This document shows positions 36,782-50,149 of a stretch of DNA of 62,057 nucleotides, one piece after another. Source of the stretch: Octopus bimaculoides (taxonomy: Eukaryota). Location: contig NC_068983.1 of NCBI RefSeq assembly GCF_001194135.2, forward strand, positions 59,220,537 through 59,282,593, written 5' to 3'. The position numbers and the translations under genes are program-made. The notes beneath the pieces are model-generated. The model had not been told where the DNA came from and did not search any database. It saw only the letters and a program-made list of their open reading frames with translations. Each line of letters opens with the position of its first letter. Position 1 is the first letter of the stretch.

Positions 36782-37082
36782 AGGTGCATGGCTCAGTGGT
36801 TAAGATGCTGCACTCACAATTGCGAGACCGTGGGTTCGATTCCCAGACTGGGCTTTGCGTTGTGTTCTTGAGCAAAAAACTTCATTTCAGGTTGTTCTGC
36901 AGTCATTTCGTCATCTGACAAGTGGTACCTATTGCACCTGTACAGATAATGTCGATTTGGTGAAGAGAGTGAGCTTATGTATACACAAACATTTGATCAC
37001 TATAAACAAATCATCTGTGTAGTTGTTCAGTAAGAAATTGTTGAAAAACACTCATATGTCGACTAACGACAGGAGAGTCCAT
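36782..37082 (+). mobile_element. Family D tRNA-derived SINE
   Basis: A box TGGCTCAGTGG 36789, B box GGTTCGATTCC 36833; inverted copy at 53075-53375. Confidence 0.85.
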
Positions 37083-38339
37083 TATATATAATATAACAAC
37101 AAACAAGACGAGGACAAATATCAGTCAAATAGAATAATGTAAATAATGTACATAATTCCTCATCTCTTAAATATAGAACTAAGGCTTCTTTTAGTTTCTG
37201 CCAACCAAATCCACTCACAAGGCTTTGGTCAGTCCAGAGCTATAGCTGAAGACACTTACCCAAGGTGCCACACAGTAGGACTGAACCTGAAATTGTTAAC
37301 TACACAGCTATGCCATGCTTTATCGTAGTAGCTAAAAGCATTTCAATCTGATATTACAAAGTAGAGAATATTTTGAACAGAAAGACACACACATGTACAA
37401 ACAGGACATGACAGCATCTCAGATACACAGATATTTAAAACTCTTTGTTAAATGATGAAATAATTAACACTTGATTATAATTAGAAACATGCATGTACTG
37501 AATCAAGACAAAGCAAAAGAAATAGATAGCTATTCAGAAGAGACAAGTGGAAATTAATTTTACGTTACATAGTAAAGAATGAATATTTGACACCAACTTT
37601 TCTAGCAATGGTGACAGAAATATTGCATGAGAGAACATGCTGTCGTATTTAACACTCATAATCTCTGCCTCTGGTCACTATGATAAATTATCTATCAACA
37701 CTCATGGGTCATTTCATTCTGTACATCAAATTATAAATATGTATACTGGTTATCTTTCCAAAACATGAATAATTTTCAAATATGTAATTTCCAAAATGTC
37801 TACATCCACATGCAAAGTTTTATCAATCATAATGCCTGCAAACCTTTTAGATTCAACAAAACAACCACAGTTTTCAAAATGTTTCAACATTGAAAACAAA
37901 TACATTGATTAATATCATTCCACTTGATTTGATTCGCAGCAGAAACACGTTCGCACTTCGTGGTTTATCCATTTTGCTTGTAAATGCAAGCAAAATGGAT
38001 AAATTTTGCTTGTAATTTCTTATTTAGAGTTTTGTGAAACCTTTATATTTATGCAGGTTCAATATGGCTGGCATTAAATATTGACATAGAAAACAATATA
38101 CAAAGACATCAAATCTCACTTGGAAAACCAGCTCTGCTTCTAACAGATAAACAAGTAAAATAATACCAACACAGATGATGATGGTGGAAATAATAACAAT
38201 GATAATATTGCTTTCTTTTACTTGCCACAAGGGCATCAGATCAGAGGGATATTAAAAGGACAGTCGGCAATTTCTGTGTAAGTTTTCATAAAAGATAGGA
38301 GGAAGAAAGGGAGAGTGGGGGTTGATGAGTTGAAAGTAT

Positions 38340-38830
38340 ACTTATCACACAAAGTATGTGAACAGATCGATTATACAGTGCTCTTGGGAGAAGAGAACCC
38401 CCAACTAGAGCAAATCAAGGAACCTCAGATCCAGGATCATCCTGACCACGAAAGGGAATATGCCCTTGCTTAACTGTTACTCTCCAATTCACAGATGCAT
38501 GTTTAGGAATGGTCCATGGACCTTAATCCTTTTCACCAGTTACCCACCTTTTGGCAAAGCACATCCCTCTCCACCCTAACTATCCTTTCCAATAAAAACT
38601 TAGAAAAATTGGTGAGCGCTTGACTGAAGAGGTAGTCAACTTCATCCTCAATCCTTCCAGACTTCTTTCATCAAAGCCACTAGACAGAGGGATAACACCA
38701 CTTGCCCTTCTTTGTTCAAATTCTGTGCTGGGGTGATCGAAATGATACACTCAATGGATAGGTGGATTCATCCAATACACAACAACAGCGGTTGAGCATA
38801 ACTCCACAAATATTGCTGTGCTCGAATACA
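38340..38830 (-). mobile_element. Tx1/L1-clade LINE ORF2 C-terminal remnant
   Basis: Minus strand LSIECIISITP..KEGQVV..LVALMKEVW..VRVERDVL. Confidence 0.55.
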
Positions 38831-38924
38831 GCATCTGTGTCTTTTATTCTTCTATTTGTTTCAATCATTTAACTACAGCCATGCTGGAGCACTGCTTTTA
38901 GTCAAATAAATCAACTGATTGGAA

Positions 38925-39432
38925 GTGTTATCATGTACATTGCTTTGCCTTGGTATAAAAGATGGGCTACAACAAGCTCAATACCACAGATTTGCTTGTC
39001 AGTTACTTGACCTTAACCAGCTGAGTATGTCCCTTGGTGGCTGGCAATATGGACATCTCTGATCACAAACAGAAGTAGTGGGGGAGCATCATAGCCATGT
39101 GTTGAGAGGAACTCTTTAGATGATTCACCTCTGGAAATATGGGTGTTTTGTTCAACATCCTTAAACAACCCTTATTCAAAGACCTTTTGAATGGGATGGG
39201 CTACTCAGCCTAAAGAAAATTCTAACTGGGTCCCACCTGCAAGGTCATGCGCTGCTAATCTTGATATGAGATCACCATGTTGCACACATATGGTTGTAAT
39301 GCATGCGGCTGGTCTACCCTTATCAGACATGTAGTCATGATAGGTATACTGGGCTTCATATATTTTACTCTAGTGTCACTTTGACGGCATGCAATGCTCT
39401 CTCACTCAATAATAATAATAATAATAATAATA
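38925..39432 (+). mobile_element. Family E interspersed repeat with (AAT)n tail, unclassified
   Basis: ctgattggaagtgttatcatgtacattg...ctctctcactcaataataat; second copy 61690-62057. Confidence 0.8.
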
Positions 39433-39589
39433 AGGGTGGAGCACTTTCAGAAAACAGCACTGCTTGGAACCACTTGAATACTCCGGATGGTGCTCAAAAA
39501 ATAAGAGATGTAGTGAACAACTGACACCATAGTACATCTCCGGCATTAGAAGCTGTGCAAAGACAATAGAAATAATAATAATAATTCTT

Positions 39590-39797
39590 TCTTTTATGAG
39601 CACAAGGCATTAAATTGGGGAGTAATGGGCCAGTTGATTAGATCGACCCCAGTACACAACTGGTACTTAATTTATCAACCTCGAAAGGATGAAAGGCAAA
39701 GTTGTCCTTGGCAGAATCTGAACTCAGAACGTAGCAGCAGACGAAATACCGCTTAGCATTTCACCCAGTATGCTTACGATTCTTCCAGCTCGCCACC

Positions 39798-39800
<3 letters not shown>
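39590..39800 (-). mobile_element. Family C SINE abutting (AAT)n 39800-39847
   Basis: aaggtggcgagctggaagaatcgtaagc...cctttcatcctttcgaggttgataaattaagtaccagt. Confidence 0.85.
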
Positions 39801-39848
<48 letters not shown>

Positions 39849-40212
39849 GATAAGAAACATGCAGCATAACATCACATGTAAAATCAGCTGTAAAACATCA
39901 CACTGCAGCATGTTGAAAGCAGATCTATTTCTTGATCTTCCAACACTGACTGAGATTAGATGCAATTTGCCAATATTTCTTTTCTTTACAAAAAAAAATT
40001 GTAAGTAAACCATTTTTCATGTGAATAATGTTGTCAATATAAAACAAGAAATAACAAGCAAAGACAAAATTCATTTCTGATTCTATTATTCTAGTCTTAT
40101 TCTTACATAAACATTATTTTAAACTTAACAAAATACACTAACGTGATTATTTCGTTGCTTTAATTTTTTTTTTATTCCTGGCTTCAGAGAAATTTCTGTA
40201 AACTTTATTTAT

Positions 40213-40250
<38 letters not shown>

Positions 40251-40524
40251 CTATATTCTATTTTAATCTTTTTCAATTTGAACACCATTTTGTCGTTATT
40301 GTCAAATCTAATGTTTTGTTTTGTTTTGTTTTTAAATTCAGCTAAAATATAATCTTCGTCATCATTTTAAGACCCACTTTTCTGTGCTTTAACAAAATTC
40401 ATTCTGGCAGATTTTCGACAGTTGGATGCCATCCCTGTCACCAACCCTCACCTATTTCCAGACATATTTCCTCGGAAGACTGGAAATAAATGAAACCAGT
40501 TGTATGATGCTGAAACATGTTTGG

Positions 40525-40730
40525 GAGCTAGCAGAAACATTAGCACACCAAGTGAAATTCTTAGTGGCATTTCATTTGTCTTTATGTTCTGAGTTCAAAT
40601 TCTGCCAAGTTTGACTTTACCTTTCATCCTTTTGGAGCCGATAAATTAAGTACCAGTTATGTACTGAGGTCGATCTAATCAACTGGCCCCCTCCCCAAAA
40701 ATTTTGGGCCTTGTGCCTAGAGTAGAAAAG
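40525..40730 (+). mobile_element. Family C SINE
   Basis: Same core; tagagtagaaaagaat end. Confidence 0.85.
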
Positions 40731-40796
40731 AATGTCAAGGCAAAAAAACAGGAACACACATATATATGCAGGCATGTGTGTGTATGTTTGTGTGCA

Positions 40797-40992
40797 TGAA
40801 GGGGTGCTGAAAAGTTCCTGGCTTTAAGGATCTCACGAAAGGCCTGGCTGGAGACCCAACCTTCTGAGTTCTTTTACAGGGCTTACAAAAACTGAAGGAC
40901 CACTACAATGAGTGTGAGTATGTTGGATAAAATCATAATTAATTGATCTTGTATTTTCATTTACCCAAAGCCAAGAACTTTTCAGTACTCAC
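40797..40992. mobile_element. Mariner-type MITE (~195 bp)
   Basis: TIRs gggtgctgaaaagttcctggcttt / aaagccaagaactttttcagtact. Confidence 0.7.
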
Positions 40993-41839
40993 TTCTACAT
41001 ATACATGTAAATATACACACAGCTGTCCAATAATTTTTCATATATTTCTATATATTAAGCAATAGAGTGTGTATATTATTATTTATACTAGAGAGCTATC
41101 ACATGACAAGAAATTTAGAATTACATTTGAACCAACACTGGTAATATTAGGAAATATGGTATACACACAATAATAATAAATTTAACTTTTTTGGTATTTA
41201 TACAGGATGGTAAAATGAATACTAATTTTCCAAAGAAAGATATCACCTTAAAATAAAATTAAATAAAATAAAATTTCTCATTTGCATATTTTCAATAAAT
41301 ATACATTATGGTTTTTCCAAATTTTATGAATGCAAACACAATCTATTCCATCAAAAGCCTATCTCTGTAAAGTTTCATTAAAAAACGTGTATTTCTCAAG
41401 TAAGCAATCATTGCCTGTCACCAAACCTCATATGTGCACTTATCTTGCATCTCTCATATTAACTCAGTCTCTCTATACCTCTGTTACTATCTACTGCCTC
41501 TCTTTAAACAATGTGAAGTATGTCTGGAGAAATCAACTAACTGACCAGCTGACCTTTATATCAGAGATTTTTATGTAGCGGTAATATTACAGCCTCTTAT
41601 CAGCCAATTCATGTTACCAAATACTTTCATTCTGATAACTGTCAAGAAGTGGAGATGTAAATTAGCAGTCATTGGACATGGCTAAATCAAAACCATTCCA
41701 CAACATTAATTGGCTGTTATAGACTACAATAGATAAATAATAATTTCAATAATCAAGAATTCTCCAAAACTGACATACCATTAACAAAAAGGACAGGCTT
41801 ATTATACGGAGATAAGCGGATAGTCATGAACATATGTTT

Positions 41840-42075
41840 CTTATTTCTTTATTGCCCACAAGGGGCTAAACATAGAGGGGACAAACAAGGACAGACAAAG
41901 GGATTAAGTCAATTACATTAACCCCAGTGCGTAACTGGTACTTAATTTATCGACCCCGAAAGGATGAAAAGCAAAGTCACCCTCGGTGGAATGTGAACTC
42001 AGAACGTAACGGCAGATGAAATACCGCTAAGCATTTCGCCCGGTGTACTAACGTTTCTGCCAGCTTGCTGCCTTG
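41840..42075 (-). mobile_element. Family C SINE, young copy
   Basis: Close match to the 23740 copy. Confidence 0.9.
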
Positions 42076-42195
42076 TGTTTCTGCTGCTATAGGCAACATC
42101 AGTGTAACAATTGTCCTATCTTACCTCCAGCAGCTAAGGGGCATAAACATATATAAATTGAGTAGAACATATTTACAGCCAAGGTAGCTTGCAAA

Positions 42196-42490
42196 TCATC
42201 ATCATCAACATCACCGTTTGATGTCTATTTTCCATGCTGGCCTGGGATGGACAGTTTGACATGAGCTGGCAAGTCGGAGGGTTGCATCAGGTTCCAGTTG
42301 TCTGTTTTGGATGGATGCTCTTCCTAAAGCTAAGCACTTTACAGAGTATACAAACTGCAGTTTTACATTGTACCAGCACAGGTGCTTTTTATGCGACACC
42401 AGATTGATTGCTTTTCATGTGGTGCTGGCATGGGAGCTTTTTTCGTGGTACCAGCACATGTGCTTTTAACATGGTACCAGCATGAGTGTT
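42196..42490 (-). mobile_element. Family A repeat with expanded internal ~24-nt repeats
   Basis: catcatcatc..gtctattttccatgctggcc..; gtaccagcac..gtgcttttt units. Confidence 0.75.
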
Positions 42491-42923
42491 TTTCATCAGG
42501 TCATTAAGAATGAAATGTCCAGTTTTCTTATGCACCAAGTTTGACAGTCATTAACTCTAATATTTTATCCTGACAATTCTTTGTTTAACAACATTGAAGA
42601 GTTACATCATCGCTTTTCAAAATGCAATTCATGGTGTCTGATTACATTCTGTTGATAATTTAGGTGCATACTTTGATTAACTGCATTGCTTTTTGTTGAG
42701 ATAAAGTAAAATAAACTTTCATTTCAAAATTGGACATTTTATTCTTAACGACCTGATATGTGGGGCCAGTACCCATGGGGTCACCAAGTGGCATGCAAGA
42801 CAAAGACATCTGAGCAGAGAGAGGGAGAGGAACAGGCAAGAGGTTAGAATATGGTAGGTTAGGGATAACTGTCTTACTACAGAGGAGATACTTGGCTACT
42901 TCAGGAGGACAACAAAGTGAATA

Positions 42924-43006
<83 letters not shown>

Positions 43007-43129
43007 AGAGTGAGAGAGAGTTGCATTACTACAGAGGACTGCATATATTAAACAAAAATGAACTCAGGGAAATAACTCAGAGTGGCCAGTGGCATCTACA
43101 GAAACATATAAGAAACAGACATATACAGG

Positions 43130-43660
43130 TTGTGTGAAATACCTATTAACTTATATACTGTGTGATGTGTGTTACAATTTTAGGAAAGTAATGTGTGGTA
43201 GAGAATGAACTACAAAAGTTGTATGCTATTGAATTAAAAAACAATCTTACACAGAATGTATGACATGCCTGATAGGAATATTTCTTGGATGGAATGTAAA
43301 CTTGCAATTCCTGATATTTTTTTTTCATGTTCTTTATCATAGCCAATATACCAATTATTATTGGTACCAGTTTTGCTCTTAAACCCCATTTCCATTTCAA
43401 GGTATTTGCACTGGGATTGATTTTCTCTTTTTTACTCCCTTTCATGCAATTCTTTGATCGAGAAGAAATGGAAATGTCTATCAGACTCCATAGATTTTTC
43501 TTTCTTTCCATGAGTTTATTTGGGGGAGGTTTTCTTTGATCTCTGTGTCAGTCTGGACAGACATGTGTCAGGTTATCATAGTGTTGTCATTGGCACTTAC
43601 CATGTTTATGCCATTTATTCTCAGATTTCATATTGCAATGTCAGCAAATTGATGGCATAG
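43130..43660 (-). mobile_element. R4/Dong-like LINE restriction-like endonuclease remnant
   Basis: VQTDTEIKENLP, LIDISIS, KWGL..LVPIIIGILAMIK, IFLSGMSYILCKI match QTDREIKANRPD / LIDVAIP / MWG..IPIIVGALG / LLGTAHILRKVL pattern. Confidence 0.75.
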
Positions 43661-44365
43661 TCTGCAGTTGATGTTAACCTCTTATTTCATTATTTTACTT
43701 TTGTGTATGTATATTTTTTTTTTATATATAGTTATTGATTTTGTGCAGCTAAAACCAAAACCTTTCATTTTTGCTTTTAGTCCAAAGCTTTTGAATCATT
43801 GTTGGCTTTTATGCTTACTTATTTCCTTTTTGTCAAGTCTTGCAGGATGTTGATGCTGGAAATGTTTTTCTCCATTTCCTTTTTTTCATCAGTTTCCTTT
43901 TTTTTTCCTTTTTAGAATCCTGCTTAATTTTTTACCTGCTGCTTTTGTTTCCTGGCTTTTTTCATTTTATCTTTATTTAAATCTTTTTCCTTTCTGTAAT
44001 TAGATTCTAGTTTATATTTTATTGTTTCCTTAAAGGCAAAGAATTTTTCGCTTAACTTTATATTTCTTTTATCAACTTTTTAACACCAACCAACCAACCT
44101 GAGACTGCCCCTGGTTCTGGGATACACACTTCTTGTTTAAAGTGATTCAAATTAAGAAACTTAATTTACATCTCAAACATTGTTTTGATAAAGGTAAAGT
44201 TATTTTATTCAATTCATTACTTTTGACTAAATTTCACTCACAGATGGTTGGGACAACCCACAACTATAATAAAGACACTTGCCAAGATATGATTCAAAAT
44301 GTCAGATTTTTGTATTCCTCACAACGAAATTTATTTGTACCTACAGACTCTTGAGTTTTTAGTTT

Positions 44366-44404
<39 letters not shown>

Positions 44405-44566
44405 CACACACACACATATATTAGAAGCTTCTTTCAGCTTCTACCTATCAAATTCACTTACAAAGTTTTGGTTAGCTGGAGTCTATCACAGGAGACACTT
44501 GTCCAAGGTGCTATACAGTGGGACTGAACCCAAAATCACATCGCTAGGAATTGGACTTTATAGAAG

Positions 44567-44603
<37 letters not shown>

Positions 44604-45009
44604 TTTGTATCCTAATGCCAACCACTCCGAGAGTGTAGTGGGTGCATTTACGTGCCACCAGCATGAGGGCCAGTCAGGCAGTACTGGCATTGGCCATGCT
44701 TGACTGGTGCTTTTTACATGCCACCAGCCCAGGAGCCAGTCAGGTGGCACTGGCACCAACCATGCTCAAATGGAGCATATTTCAACAAGGTTAATTTCTA
44801 ATTTATTGATAATACTGAGACTGCACTTGTTATTGTTTAGCACCCAACCCTGTCCCCACTCAAATCATCCATGACCAAACAAGCTTTTGATAAAAAGGCA
44901 TTTGAACCATTTATTTGGTATACTATTCAATCTGTCCTTCTTTTCTTAAGTTGGCACTGTGATTTGAGAGAGATTTAGCTGTGATTTCTAATGGGTCACA
45001 TGACTGCCT

Positions 45010-45555
45010 AGAATTGGGTTTCTCAACTATCTTTTACCTCTGGCTCCTATTTTATGCCAGTGGACCTTCATAGCCATTCCATGTTTAAAAAAATCTTATT
45101 ATATTTTTATAATTAAATATAAGGAATTCAGCATTTAATGTCTGTTGTCCATGCTGGCATGGGTTGGACAGTTTGACCAGAGCTGCACCAGACTCCAATT
45201 GTCTGTTTTGACATGGTTTCTATGGCTGGATGCTCTTCCAAACACCAACCACCTTACAGAATATGCTGGGTGCTTTTACATGGCCCTGCACAGGCACCCT
45301 TTACATGGTCCCACATGGGCACTTTAACATGGAACCACACAGGCACTTTTACATGACACTGCACAGGCACCTCTACATGGCACCGCATAGGTGCTTCTAC
45401 GTAGCACCACATGGGCATTTTTATGTGGCACCAAAAACTGAAATATATTGTGTATTGCAGAAGTAAAGACAATATATTATACATAAATGTTTACAAGAAA
45501 ATCTTACATGAAAAGCCCTACCCAGGGTCATATGGACCTTGTTTAAGAACCACTG
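45010..45555. mobile_element. hAT MITE carrying a nested family A repeat (45130-45440, minus) with 24-bp tandem units
   Basis: Right TIR gtttaagaaccactg, degenerate left gggtttctcaact; gtggacc core motif at both sides. Confidence 0.55.
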
Positions 45556-45589
45556 CTGTAAGGTTCTCTCATACAGCTGTTAAATTTTA

Positions 45590-46260
45590 TGTCTGAAATT
45601 ACATAACGTATTCATATCTTATAATCTTACTCCTGACATGTTGTTGGGTTTTCAAAGACTACCCTTTTGTTACCGTCCATATGACTCATAGAGTTGATAG
45701 TTTGTTCACAGTATTTTCAGATGGTGGTGATTTCATTCAACAGATTTGATAGCAATCAGAGTCAGAACATTGAGAATACGTCATCTCCTTGAAAAATGAA
45801 TATTCTTTTCATGGGGGTCAGGTTGACTCTTATTGTTTCCTCTTTATATTCTGCTGTTATTAATGCTTCCCATTTTAATGTCGTATTGTTAATATATTCT
45901 GTTGTAACACTGCAACTGCTTTGTTTGTTGATGGTATTTCCAGTATTCAGAAATGTGATATGTTGTCAGAAGGCTTTTGAGGAACCAGCTTGGTGTCATG
46001 GTTTGAATTCTGTTTCTTTCTCTGCTGTCTTCAATAACTGCTCAACCTACCAATGGGTGTTCTTTACATCTACACATGTCTTTCCAACATTCTTTTTAAT
46101 CCTCGAGGCAAAAATATTATTTTTCAGATCAACAACCAAACAGTTAGAAAGTGAGTATAGAGATATCAGGGTTACATCTCTTGTTGCTTCTGGTGATTTT
46201 TGTTTTTCAGGAATTTATATTCCTTGCTTTCTTTTGTAACCAGTTTGTTGTTGAGTCTGG
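45590..46260 (-). mobile_element. R4/Dong-like LINE RT remnant, probably the same insertion as 43130-43660
   Basis: AVIEDSRERNR..QKAF-DNISHF-ILE (KAFDSVPHSWI equivalent); INSMSHMDG (HLLYMDD equivalent). Confidence 0.6.
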
Positions 46261-48345
46261 TCTATTTAGTAATTCATTAAATATTGTTGCTATAGCTACA
46301 TGCATACTGATTAAGTACATTAACTAGAACTTGTAATGGTTTACCAGAAACCTTTCTATTGCCTACAGACTTCATTGTGTCTTATTTGTTTATAGTGTTG
46401 TTTTCCTATTTTATGTCTCTCTTTACATATCTTTCTGTTTCACTCTGCTTTTGCTTTTTAACCATTTTGCATCTTTATCATGCATATTATAATCTAATAC
46501 ACTTCTCTATATAATAATATCTTTATTGTCATTGATATAACTTCTACAGAGGATACTTATTTTCATGTCTTACATTATATTTTAATGTTTGTTTCTCAGA
46601 TACACAATTCTGAGGAGAAAAGCATTCATCGTTTTCAAAGCAGCATATCCTGTATGTCTTTACAAGAATCAGCTGTTTAAATATTCATTTTCCTTCAAGG
46701 ATCTTTTCCTTTCTCGTGATAAATATATTTTTTACTATTTGAGAAATATTTTCATAATACAGCTCTCCTTATTTCCCAGAGAGTAAAGATAAATCTTTTC
46801 AATTTACTCTGAATTTGTGTCAACTTGTTTTATTTACATTAATTTTTATGAATTTTGTTGATTTCTCAAGTAATGCAACTTCTGCAAAGTTTTGAACCAC
46901 CTTCCTCAAATACTCCATTTTAGGTCCACACCCTAACTACATGCTCATAAAAGGCAAAGGCCAGCTATGAGAAATTAACTGTGTCACTAATGTGAATGTG
47001 ATTCAACCAATCAGATCATCTGGGGTGTAACCAAACAACAGTGTACTTGAAAGTAATTTTTGTAGATTTTCCCAACAAATAGAAGTTTTAACTCAATATT
47101 ATAAAAGTTGGATATTAAACTCCCCAACAGAACAACCCCAAGTGCTACAATGAACTCTAACAGTCAATTTTGTGATAAGGTGGTCTCACATTTACTAATT
47201 ATTCTGTATTTGATAACCAAGAACAATTTTCATTTAAAACTTAGCACTTTGACTTCATATTTTATTACGGCAGGTTTACTGATTAATGCAACCAGTCACG
47301 GTATCTATCTCAAGTCAGTCAGACGTGCATTCCACTTCCAGTGTCTGATGCTGAAGAACAGATAACTCCTCCAAAATGCATGCAATCCATTAGTCTGGCT
47401 AGTGCGTGCTTTGAACTGATGAGGACAAATATCCATCAAATGTAAATAATGTATATATTGAACCTCGTTATAGGGTTGTTATTATCATTCTTTTTCCTTC
47501 TCTACTAACAGTTTTACTTCCTCTTTTTCCTACTATTTGTCTACAGCAAGAAATTTTCTGTGACAAAATACAGTAAATGGCTTTCTTACAGATTCAGATA
47601 TGGTTCAAGCATATTGAACTGGCAACAAGTTTATCTTTCTACACATCATGCCTTAGCACTTTGATTTCATAGTTCTTTAAGAGGTTTGGTTGTATATGGC
47701 AATTATTTCCTGGTTGTTAGTTTATTTTAAGGTGTTTTCTATTGGTTCATGTCCATTGATTATATAATGATCAATCCTTCTGTCTTTCAGATCCCTGTTC
47801 ATTGATCTTTGCTATGGTCAATTCTTCCTTTCTTTTTTAATCTCCTATTGTCATTGTTTTATTGTTCTACATTCCTAATTAAAATTTTTTAAGCAAGTTT
47901 ATGGAAGCATGAAATTAATTATAAAAGGAAAGTTACCAACCAAAGAAAAATTTTTGGTGGCACAATTTAAGTTTATGGTTCCTGCATCCAAGAATAGGAA
48001 TCCAATCAATAATTATTCAATAAAATCAACAAATACCAGCAGCTTATGATGTTGAGTTTGTCCATGTGTCAGTGTGTAATATTTACGAATATCACACAAG
48101 TTATTGTTGTAGTTTAGTTATGTGTTAGCTATATTCAACCATACCTTTGATCTAAGGCTTTCTAAACATAATCATCCTGTTGTTTTCCGGGTACAGTGCA
48201 CCCAGAAAAAAAAAATATCTAATGTGTGCCTTATTTTTAAGAGAGTAAAGGAATTGAATAGATTTGGTTGTTTTTCCTAGTAGACCAAGTAACCACATAG
48301 AAACCCTCCACTCCTCATAAGCTTGTATCATGCAAAGATTGTGCA

Positions 48346-48401
<56 letters not shown>

Positions 48402-48439
48402 TTTAGTTTAGCCCTCACTCACAAGCAAGTAGCTCCAGA

Positions 48440-48710
48440 AGCAGCTGTACTACACTTTTGCTAGTTGTTTTCAGTGCTTCTATGGTCTCAAGTAGACATT
48501 CACACTCTCTTGGTCCTCCCACACTTGACCCTGTAGATCACCGAGGAATGGACAGCTGGAGAGACAGTGATCAGTTGGTATTTATTAATAGCCGAGTAAA
48601 TTGTAACAAAACCAAGTATTGTGTCTTGTTCAAAGATACCCAGTTCAGAAATTGAACCCATGACATTATGATCATGTGCACAACACCTTAACCACTGGTT
48701 CATGCACTTC
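48440..48710 (-). mobile_element. tRNA-SINE (family D-related)
   Basis: gaaccagtggttaaggtgttgtgcacatgatc..gtcatgggttcaatttc..ttgaacaagacac. Confidence 0.65.
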
Positions 48711-48792
48711 TACTGTATGTGTGAGAATAATTTTCAAGAACTTAGTGGAAGACTATACAGAGACGATGCTCTGTAGTTTTGGTTTGCACTAT

Positions 48793-48860
48793 ATAATGGG
48801 TCATCCCACAAATAATGTGGTTTTTTTCAATTGCATGAACTAAGAGTCAGAGGTCAATGA
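48793..48860 (+). mobile_element. Isolated TIR fragment of the 4350-5470 mariner family
   Basis: atgggtcatcccacaaataatg matches reverse complement of tatttatgggatgacccaat at 5450-5471. Confidence 0.7.
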
Positions 48861-49236
48861 AAGAAATTTAGGTAATCTAAAAATTAAGGAAGCTATCCTC
48901 ATTAACAAACTAGAGGCCCAAATTAATAACAGGCTGGAGGTTGGCAGTCAATATATTATTTAGCTACATCTGGATGCGTGTAGGTTCATTTTTGATAACA
49001 TGCTCATGTATTATTCCAGAAGGAGCTTCGTGAGACCACTGCAGACAAGCTTCCAAAAAGAAAAAAAAAAACATTCGGAAACTGATTATAGCAGTGACTC
49101 AATAAATTCCTAGGGATATCTGAAGAAGGAATTTTTATATTCTGAAATATTATATCAGACTATGGATGGTTAAATTATAACAGTTATTTATAGTCCATTG
49201 TTGTGCCATTCGAGACACATTATTTTTTATTAATAA

Positions 49237-49354
49237 AGTTGCAAAGATATCACAAAAAACTGTTACTCAGAGTTTCACATTCCCATTCATCAGACATTTC
49301 AATGAACGGGAACGTGAAACTCTGAGTAACAATTTTTCTGATGTCTTTGCAGCT
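49237..49354. repeat. Compact palindrome: ~52-bp stem, 13-nt loop
   Basis: Perfect 18-bp core tgttactcagagtttcac / gtgaaactctgagtaaca. Confidence 0.92.
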
Positions 49355-49889
49355 AGGGCATCCAGCTGTAGAAACTTTGCCTGGTCAGGTCGGAGCCTAG
49401 TACAGCCTTCCGGCTTGCCCTGAGTCAAACCATCCAACCCATGTCAGCTTGGAAAGCAGATGCTAAACGACAATAATGATGATGATGATGATGATGATAC
49501 ACTAGAGAAGACGGAAGGGATTATAATTTTTGTATGACTTAATTGAGTTGTCACTGCTTTTTTTTTTTAGGAGTGGTTGTAATTTACTTATTGAATTTAT
49601 TTATTGATATGGTTGTACATAGGGTAAATGTGTTTGAAAGTTGTGGTTTCTTTGGTTTCTTATTTTAATGCTGTTGACACCACCAGATTGAATGGTACTG
49701 CCCAGGTGTCGAAACCATAATAATATATTGGTGGGGCAGCTGATGATGGAGGTATGTTGGATTGTTGGTGTGTCTGTTTTTGTATATGTGNNNNNNNNNN
49801 NNNNNNNNNNNNNNNNNNNNNNNNNNNNNNNNNNNNNNNNNNNNNNNNNNNNNNNNNNNNNNNNNNNNNNNNNNNNNNNNNNNNNNNNN

Positions 49890-50110
49890 NTGTGTGTGTG
49901 TGTGTGTATGTTTGTCCCCCCAACATCGCTTGACAACCGAAGCTGGTGTGTTTACATCCCTGTAACTTAGCGGTTCAGCAAAAGGGTCCTGTAGAATTAA
50001 GTACTAGACTTACAAAGAATAAGACCTGGGTTCGATTTGCTCAACTAAAGGTGGTGCTCCAGCATGGCCGTAGTCAAATGACTGAAACAAGTAAAAGAGA
50101 GTAAAAGAGA
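49890..50110 (+). mobile_element. Family B SINE 3' half (5' side in gap)
   Basis: tttgtcccccaacatcgcttgacaaccg..ggccgtagtcaaatgactgaaacaagtaaaagag. Confidence 0.85.

Positions 50111-50149
<39 letters not shown>

Noticed and set aside
36782-36850. tRNA gene
   Set aside because: A and B boxes present but no complete acceptor stem; continues into SINE body with another copy at 53075
47561-47640. IQIWFKH homeodomain-like peptide after an acceptor
   Set aside because: No surrounding homeodomain residues and no good donor
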